The notes below the pieces were generated by a model. It was not told the DNA's origin. It did no database searches and saw only the letters and a program-made list of their open reading frames with translations. Below are positions 15,911 to 20,061 of a stretch of DNA of 20,061 nt, piece after piece (within the stretch, counting starts at the first letter, position 1; each line of letters opens with the position of its first letter). The stretch comes from a virus. The DNA lies in UHGV virus genome UHGV-0175271. One strand, 5' to 3'. The position numbers were made by a program, and so were the translations under genes.

Positions 15911-16611
15911 GCTCTCCCCCTGATATCCTGCGCGTTAACATCCCAGCCGAACCCGATAGCCTGCAGCTGTCGCGCCAGCGCTTTGTTAAAATCATCCTGA
16001 CCTATCCCCAGAAACGCCCTGGCAGGTAAATCAATCTGCCAGGACGTTTTGACCGGTTTGTCCTCCAGTATCCGGATAAGCAAACCTGCCTGTCTGGCGG
16101 TCATCCTTTCCTGTATTTCCTTATAACCGGGCTTACGCCAGCGCTTACCGCGCCTGACTTTATACCCGGCCTTGCGCAGGCGTTTCGCCTGTCGCAGTGA
16201 TGCAGGCTTGTCCCCCTGCTCACGGCCTTCCACCTGCTTACGGTTGACGGTCACGTTCATGCCGTTCTGCTGGACATACCCCACCACGCCGGCTGGCAGA
16301 TTTCCCTTCGCATTCCGGTAATGACCACCGGCCAGATACAGCCTGACTGACTCCGTTTCAGGCATTTCCCGGATGCGGATCAGTTTCGGCATATTGCGCA
16401 ACATTTTGCCTTTACGCCGGGTCTGTCGCCCCGGCCACTTATCCCCCTCCGGCGACTGCTGATTACGCACATTACGCTTTGCTGCAGCTTCCACGCCGTA
16501 TTTCGCCATACGCCACAACAGCCGGCGACGTTTCGCAGAAGGTAAATCCAGCTTTTTCAGCGCGTCCTGGAGCTGGCGGAACTGTTCCTTGTTCAGCTCG
16601 CCATTTATCAT
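15907..16611 (-). CDS. Phage virion morphogenesis / tail completion protein (P2 gpS-like)
   Basis: 234-aa basic ORF with family-like motifs QSPEG..W, RKGKMLR and LPARAFLGI..DD. ATGA-coupled on both sides. Confidence 0.6.
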   Translation of the reverse strand: MINGELNKEQFRQLQDALKKLDLPSAKRRRLLWRMAKYGVEAAAKRNVRNQQSPEGDKWPGRQTRRKGKMLRNMPKLIRIREMPETESVRLYLAGGHYRNAKGNLPAGVVGYVQQNGMNVTVNRKQVEGREQGDKPASLRQAKRLRKAGYKVRRGKRWRKPGYKEIQERMTARQAGLLIRILEDKPVKTSWQIDLPARAFLGIGQDDFNKALARQLQAIGFGWDVNAQDIRGRA

Positions 16612-17090
16612 TCCTGCCCCTCACTGACCGGGATCACCGTCACCTCATCAGCCGTCCAGACTTCGGGATTTGCCAGCTTCCAGCGCTGACCATCAAACGG
16701 GATCTGGCCTTTGGGATCGGGAACCAGATTCAGCTCCTCAACCATTGGCAGCGTCACCACCATAATGGCGGTTTCCTGGTCGATGGTTTCGATATCAAAT
16801 TCCGGCAGCTCGGCGTCAATGCCGGTTTCCTCAAAGAGCGTGCGTTCATCCTGGCAAAGCCACGACATAAACAAAGCCATCAGGATTTTGGGATCGTGCT
16901 CACGGTAGGGATAACGCTCCCACGTCAGCACGGCGTTATAACGGATGATGGCAATGCGGTACTGCCCCAGCCCGGTGTCCCGCTGTGCCGGGATGAACGC
17001 GATCTCGTCCATCTGGCTGTCAAAACCCTGCATTGCCCGTCTGGGCATGTTGGCAATGAGAAAATCGGTTAATTCCGTTAACTGGCTCAT
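16608..17090 (-). CDS. Tail completion protein (gpR-like position)
   Basis: 160-aa acidic ORF between the head-completion and gpS-like genes, ATGA-coupled. Assigned by position only. Confidence 0.45.
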   Translation of the reverse strand: MSQLTELTDFLIANMPRRAMQGFDSQMDEIAFIPAQRDTGLGQYRIAIIRYNAVLTWERYPYREHDPKILMALFMSWLCQDERTLFEETGIDAELPEFDIETIDQETAIMVVTLPMVEELNLVPDPKGQIPFDGQRWKLANPEVWTADEVTVIPVSEGQE

Positions 17091-17539
17091 ATCATGGCCA
17101 CCGTGATGCGTTTCAGCCCTTTGATGCGGCGTACCGCCAGTGTGGATTCAGCAATCAGGCTGGAGCGGGTTTCGTCACTTTCCTGCCCCGGATGGCTCTC
17201 ACGACGACCAACAGACGCAAATTCGCCCATCAAATCAGCTTTGGCACGGGCATACACCGCCTTGCAATAACGGGCGCACAACAGATTTTCGCCTTCAATT
17301 TCCACGCCCGGAACGTCCGCCGCGCTCTCATGGCCAGCACTGCGATACCTTGCAGCCACACTGACCAGATCATCATTGATTTCACCGGCTGCAGTCAGCA
17401 GCGCCTGACGGATGGTAGCCGCATCGATATCGACCGGAATGGTGCGCTGGGACTGAAAATCCTTCACGCTCAGGTCTGGCCAGAAGCCATCATTCATTAG
17501 AATGGCATCGTCGAAATCAATGGAAGTTCCACTAAACAT
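17087..17539 (-). CDS. Head completion/stabilisation protein (P2 gpL-like position)
   Basis: 150-aa ORF with its own SD (GAGGG), first gene after an intergenic gap following the gpM-like gene and moron. Assigned mainly by the N-M-L synteny of P2-type heads. Confidence 0.5.
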   Translation of the reverse strand: MFSGTSIDFDDAILMNDGFWPDLSVKDFQSQRTIPVDIDAATIRQALLTAAGEINDDLVSVAARYRSAGHESAADVPGVEIEGENLLCARYCKAVYARAKADLMGEFASVGRRESHPGQESDETRSSLIAESTLAVRRIKGLKRITVAMI

Positions 17540-17636
17540 GCGCCCTCACACCCGATATTGATCACAGCATTAACTTAATAATTTTTAAGGAAATAACTCA
17601 GAAAAAAAAGCTAATTACTGACTTATTGATCTGAGT

Positions 17637-17701
17637 AAAAAAAGCGGGCTGGCCGGTTTCCACGGGCAATACGCTTATGCGATCCCCTCCACCGCGCCCG
17701 C
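17637..17701 (-). terminator. Candidate intrinsic terminator downstream of the 63-aa moron (GCGGGC...GCCCGC stem with large loop, then U7)
   Basis: Minus strand reads GCGGGC, about 46 nt, GCCCGC, then TTTTTTT (plus-strand A7 at 17637-17643), 17 nt past the moron stop. The large loop makes efficiency uncertain. Confidence 0.4.
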
Positions 17702-17717
17702 TTTCGGGTCGGTAGTC

Positions 17718-17909
17718 TTACTCGCCGCGTTTTGCGGCCTGAATCTCACCTTCTTCAAACCACGCATCAGATGCGCGACCGTCAGCAGTCTGATAGTGGA
17801 TCAGATACTGATTGCAGCTGTTGGTGTACTCCGCACGGGCTTTGATATGCCCCTCTTCGCCGCTAATGGAAACTTCAACAACCTGGCCTAACTCATGCTT
17901 AAACGACAT
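17718..17909 (-). CDS. Small hypothetical protein (moron) inserted between the terminase-subunit and head-completion genes; possibly DUF2158/YodC-like
   Basis: 63-aa ORF with ATG 1 nt after the gpM-like stop and an AGGAG SD. The pattern G.VVEV.ISGEEG.I......YLIHY...DG....WFEEGEI resembles small YodC-type proteins from memory. It is followed by a terminator-like structure and about 180 bp of AT-rich spacer. Confidence 0.5.
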   Translation of the reverse strand: MSFKHELGQVVEVSISGEEGHIKARAEYTNSCNQYLIHYQTADGRASDAWFEEGEIQAAKRGE

Positions 17910-17910
17910 A

Positions 17911-18624
17911 TCAAACTCCTGTAGACTCTTTTTTCAGCGCCCGCAGACGCGCAGCGATACGCTGCAACATCGTGCCGACACCACATTTAGGGTCGAATCC
18001 CTTCGCCTGCTCCAGCAGTTCCTTCGCCCGGAGCAATACTTCCCTGTCTTCCGTTGCCGCTGCGCGTGGCTCTCCGTTTTCATCCCGCAACAGGTGCAGA
18101 CCGGCAAACTTCAGGTATTTGGCCTTAATGACCTCATACACATTCCAGTGCTGCGCCACGTTCTCCAGCGTGCGGCCGAAATACGGCTCCACATCATGTC
18201 CCTGCACGGCTTCCGCTTCCGCCCAGGACAACACCGTATCCGCCACAAACACCGGGAACGTACTGCCGAACGCGGCCGGGGTTTCCTGCCCCCGCTGGAT
18301 TGCCACATCCGCCCAGTCCAGCGCCTGGTCAAACTGGCCTGTATCAAACAGCCAGACGACACACCAGGCAAAAACGGGATTCTGTTGCACACTGTCACCT
18401 TCCAGCCAGGATTGCGCAGTCGGCATCCAGCGCGGTAACAGCACATCACGCTTAAATTCCATGCGCTCAGCGCGGCTTTCAATCGCTGCGGCCGCGGCGA
18501 CATCTTTCTCCAGCGCGACAATCTGAATATGCAGGCTGGTTTCCGTGTCCAGAGACTGCTGCTGTCGCAGTAACCGCTCCGCTTCAATTCGTGCGCTGTG
18601 GCGCTGTGCCGGTGACAGTTGCAT
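17911..18624 (-). CDS. Terminase endonuclease (small) subunit, P2 gpM-like
   Basis: 237-aa ORF with an AAGGGGAA SD. The N-terminus (MQLSPAQRHSARIEAE...) and overall layout resemble P2 gpM as I recall it; it follows the capsid gene as in P2. Confidence 0.7.
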   Translation of the reverse strand: MQLSPAQRHSARIEAERLLRQQQSLDTETSLHIQIVALEKDVAAAAAIESRAERMEFKRDVLLPRWMPTAQSWLEGDSVQQNPVFAWCVVWLFDTGQFDQALDWADVAIQRGQETPAAFGSTFPVFVADTVLSWAEAEAVQGHDVEPYFGRTLENVAQHWNVYEVIKAKYLKFAGLHLLRDENGEPRAAATEDREVLLRAKELLEQAKGFDPKCGVGTMLQRIAARLRALKKESTGV

Positions 18625-18634
18625 TCAGTTCCCC

Positions 18635-19663
18635 TTATTCCCCTGCAGGTGGCGCGACCGGTGCCCCGATAGTTACCGCACTTTCATCAAACGCGGCGTA
18701 CAGTTCCGGATACTCAACCGCATAACCTTCGTTACGCAGGTATTTGTTTTCGTACTGTTTACGGTCTTCCACAAACTCAGCCTTACGCTGGCGCGTGCCG
18801 CGCTGGGTGTAGATGTGCAGATTCGGCAGCGTGGTGACGATCATACGTTTACCCGGCATGAACGGCGGAACGTATGCCGTGCGGCCGGCGATACTGTCAG
18901 ACAGCAGCTGCGCGGCGATCTTCTCGGTTGGCTTATCCGCTTTCTGGTACAGGCGGAAAGATTCAGCCGCCACAAGGTCAGCGCCGACCAGCACCACCAG
19001 ACGCGGGTCATTACGGTACTGTGCCGGAATTTTGGCGTTGATAAGGTCGGATGCCATCGCATCGAGCGAGACATAATCGCCTTTACCGTCACCATCGAGC
19101 ACCACCGAATCGGTGATAATCTGCTGGCCGTCCTTCCACTCTTTAACGATCTGATGCCAGCCCTTGTTCACATCTTCGCCGTTCGGGTTCTGCTCGGCGT
19201 CCGTGGTTTCCGCAATGGTTTTCCCGTTAAAGCCGATACGCAGCATATCCAGCGCAAATGACTGGTTGGTAAATTCCTGCACACGCTGGAAGAACTCACC
19301 TTCATCGCCAGCATTCGCCCAGACAGAAAGCAGTTGCCAGGTCAGCGCTGCACAGGAATCGGTTTCGACCAGCTTGTAGTCATTGCCGCTCACGCCCACT
19401 TTCTTACGGAAGCGGCCATCCAGCACGCGCCCGGTATACAGGCCAGAACTGCCGACCGGAACCACCTGCCCCTGTAACTGGTCAACATCAGCAACAGTGA
19501 TCAGATTCAGGAAATCAGACTGTTCCAGCAACGCGTTGCGCAATTGGGTCTCTTTCGGGTCGGTCAGCGCAAACCAGCGGTCATCTTCATTAGCACCGTA
19601 GGATTCACGCAGTCCGGTGTGGTACTGACGCAGAAACTGACGGGCTTTTGCATTCAATTGCAT
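18635..19663 (-). CDS. Major capsid protein, P2 gpN family
   Basis: 342-aa ORF with an AAGGAAAA SD. Several segments align to P2 gpN as I recall it (GDYVSLDAMASDLINAKIPAQYRNDPRLVVLVGADLVAAESF against GDYASLDALVMDATNNLIEPWYQEDPDLVVIVGRQLLADKYF, and the LPNLHIYTQ... region). Confidence 0.8.
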   Translation of the reverse strand: MQLNAKARQFLRQYHTGLRESYGANEDDRWFALTDPKETQLRNALLEQSDFLNLITVADVDQLQGQVVPVGSSGLYTGRVLDGRFRKKVGVSGNDYKLVETDSCAALTWQLLSVWANAGDEGEFFQRVQEFTNQSFALDMLRIGFNGKTIAETTDAEQNPNGEDVNKGWHQIVKEWKDGQQIITDSVVLDGDGKGDYVSLDAMASDLINAKIPAQYRNDPRLVVLVGADLVAAESFRLYQKADKPTEKIAAQLLSDSIAGRTAYVPPFMPGKRMIVTTLPNLHIYTQRGTRQRKAEFVEDRKQYENKYLRNEGYAVEYPELYAAFDESAVTIGAPVAPPAGE

Positions 19664-19697
19664 ATTTATTTTCCTTAAAGAAAATCAGCATCATCCC

Positions 19698-20033
19698 TTA
19701 CAGGAAGTTGAAGCCTTTTTTGCCCTTGCTGAACTGCTTGTTCGGCAGCTTAGTAACCTTCTCGTTCAGCTTGCTGAAGCCCTTTACCAGCTCCGGCAGG
19801 TTGCCAACCAGACGCGCGAAATCTTCGGTATCAACCACCTCTTTCACGGTATCCACATCGTCCTGCACGTCAGACATAGCGGCTTCAATTGCGCTAACGC
19901 GATCTTCCAGCGAGGCCAGCGCATCAGCCAGTGCCTGCATGGCATCAGACGGTACCGGATCCGGGTCAGGTGTCTGCTCCGGTTCTTCGATACTGAAAAA
20001 ATGACGCCAGCCTTTTTTTGCTGTCTTAGACAT
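19698..20033 (-). CDS. Putative capsid scaffolding protein (acidic coiled-coil; gpO-like position)
   Basis: 111-aa ORF with an AAGGAAAAGGGA SD, an acidic helical core (ALADALASLEDRVSAIEAAMSDVQDDVDTVKEVVD) and a basic C-tail, directly upstream of the capsid gene. Much shorter than P2 gpO (about 280 aa as I recall), so any protease domain would have to be encoded separately outside the window. Confidence 0.4.
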   Translation of the reverse strand: MSKTAKKGWRHFFSIEEPEQTPDPDPVPSDAMQALADALASLEDRVSAIEAAMSDVQDDVDTVKEVVDTEDFARLVGNLPELVKGFSKLNEKVTKLPNKQFSKGKKGFNFL

Positions 20034-20061
20034 TCCCTTTTCCTTTTTAAATTCCCTGACT

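Larger units (their letters stand above)
3540..20061 (-). mobile_element. Prophage late region (contractile-tail phage with P2-family head genes); partial, continues beyond the right edge
   Basis: Uninterrupted minus-strand array of recognisable head, tail, baseplate, fiber and lysis genes, many joined by ATGA or TAATG stop/start overlaps. The left boundary is uncertain; the accessory DNA from about 1000 to 3600 may belong to the same element. No integrase or att core is identifiable in the window. Confidence 0.85.

Noticed and set aside
17812-19261. Plus-strand ORFs (184-238 aa) antisense to the gpM-like and capsid genes
   Set aside because: Embedded in strongly supported minus-strand genes; Cys/Arg-rich junk-like translations.

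Overview
This window is the edge of an Enterobacteriaceae chromosome (fieF) followed by an AT-rich cargo segment and then at least 16.5 kb of a myovirus-type prophage late region that runs off the right end of the window. Every gene I can support is on the minus strand. From right to left: a P2-family head module (scaffold-like, gpN-like major capsid, gpM-like terminase subunit, a 63-aa moron with its own terminator, gpL-like head completion); ATGA-coupled tail completion, sheath and tube genes; a full lysis cassette (holin, M15 endolysin, overlapped i-/o-spanin); a tail chaperone with a programmed -1 frameshift; tape measure; baseplate genes (gp25/W-like, J-like, I/gp48-like); a mosaic tail fiber and its assembly protein; and three translationally coupled genes I cannot assign. 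Left of the prophage lies about 600 bp with no ORF of 60 aa or more, a dense array of at least 12 copies of a TGTGAYGG motif, and an AT-rich two-gene operon encoding an orphan ImmA/IrrE (M78) zinc peptidase plus a two-TM membrane protein. That operon is my best candidate for an undescribed accessory (defence or exclusion) module. No integrase, tRNA, CRISPR array or rRNA is visible. All protein assignments come from reading the translations, motifs and synteny; no database search was run.
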